Source: Piromyces finnis finn (lineage: Eukaryota; Fungi; Neocallimastigomycota). Taken from it: a stretch of DNA of 64,000 nt. Position 1 is the first letter of the stretch. Every line of letters begins with the position of its first letter. A program made the position numbers and the translations under genes. Shown here piece after piece: positions 63,001-64,000 of the stretch. The stretch spans positions 62,001 to 126,000 of the forward strand of contig MCFH01000026.1 in assembly GCA_002104945.1 (NCBI GenBank), in the 5' to 3' direction. The notes under the pieces were generated by a model. The model was not told where the DNA came from. It did not search any database and was given only the letters and a program-made list of their open reading frames with translations.

Positions 63001-64000
63001 ACCAATTTCCATCAGCTCTTCTTTCATAGGTAGTGTATCTTCTTTGTTAAAAATAGTAATATCTTTGTTAGTATTATTAATATTATTTTTAATATTATCA
63101 TTAGTAGTAGGATAGTTAGTATTATTCTGATCTTTTTCATCTGTATCTTCTAATGAAACATCCTTTTCTTTATTTAATTTATTATCAAAAACTATCTCAG
63201 TATCTTTACTATTGAACAAATCATTTTCGTTTTTAATTTCTTCTTTTTCTGTTAATAACAGTTCATCTTTAGTATTATTATAATTTTTTAAAGAATTATT
63301 ATTGTCATTTTCTTTTTTTAAAACTAAACCTTCAGCAGAAATATTATTATTTAATTTAAAATTATCCTTATTACTCATATTACCAATTTCTTGTGTTATT
63401 GGTATATTATTTAAAGCAACATCTTTTTTTTGGAGAATGTTATTTTTTTTATTTTCTTCATCATCTATTTTAATACTTGTATCAACTTTGTTAGATTTTT
63501 CAGCAACAGACTTTATTGTATTATCACTTTCCTTTGATTTATTTAAATTATTAAGATCTTCTAATGATATTAGAGATTCTATGTCATTATCTTCTTTTAA
63601 TTTTTTAAAACTTTTATTAATATTTCTTAGTTCTTTTAATGTTTCAATAATCGAAGATCTTGATGCTGATTGTGGTCTAGAAGTACTTTTTTGTTCATCT
63701 GCTCTTAATCCATCATAATTACTATTTGTTTTTTTATCAGGTAATATTTCTTTTTTATTTGAATCATCAAAATCAGCATTTGAATTTCCATTTTCAATTG
63801 TATTATTTTTTGAATAATTGAATTTATTATTTGAATTATTTAATAATACATCTTCTTGTTCTATATGATATTTATTATTATTCATTGAAACATTAGTCAG
63901 CGAATTATTTTGTTTTTTATCCTTAGCTTCATTCTTCTTATCATTTATACTTGATTCTGATTTTACTGTTTCTTCGTCTATTTTCGGAATACCACATTCT
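57722..64000 (-). CDS. CEP131: Centrosomal/centriolar-satellite protein CEP131 (AZI1) homologue, 5'-partial
   Basis: Coiled-coil exons with QRKEYETIIKRHLSFVDKLLGEKEQL, EKLRRDKWIQTKEKQIKDNTIKGLEPEIQK, RDAEIEMVIQRLESE and a terminal RNKYLEGMIEKQRIELLS*. The giant low-complexity exon (60889-63885) stays open in frame to the window edge. Confidence 0.85.

Overview
Very AT-rich, intron-rich eukaryotic DNA. It is almost certainly from an anaerobic gut fungus (Neocallimastigomycota), judged by a CotH kinase with tandem fungal dockerins, poly-Asn proteins and abundant (AAT)n tracts. Gene order: WD40 protein (+), M1-aminopeptidase-like protein lacking catalytic residues (-), Ygr210-type Obg GTPase (-), CotH-dockerin (+), full-length single-ORF LINE with TSD plus a tiny second insertion (+), TIM50 (+), UBP3/USP10 (-), NDC1 (-), PAS-PAS-GATA transcription factor (-), tRNA-Ala-derived SINE (-), CEP131 (-, runs off the right edge). 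The strongest hunt result is an apparent LINE/SINE partnership. The two elements share a 44-nt motif (39/44 identical) whose five differences all preserve a two-hairpin fold, including one compensatory base pair. The LINE 5' end also carries two 124-bp highly structured tandem monomers. Exon boundaries were assembled by eye from GT-AG signals and reading frame; no database searches were run.
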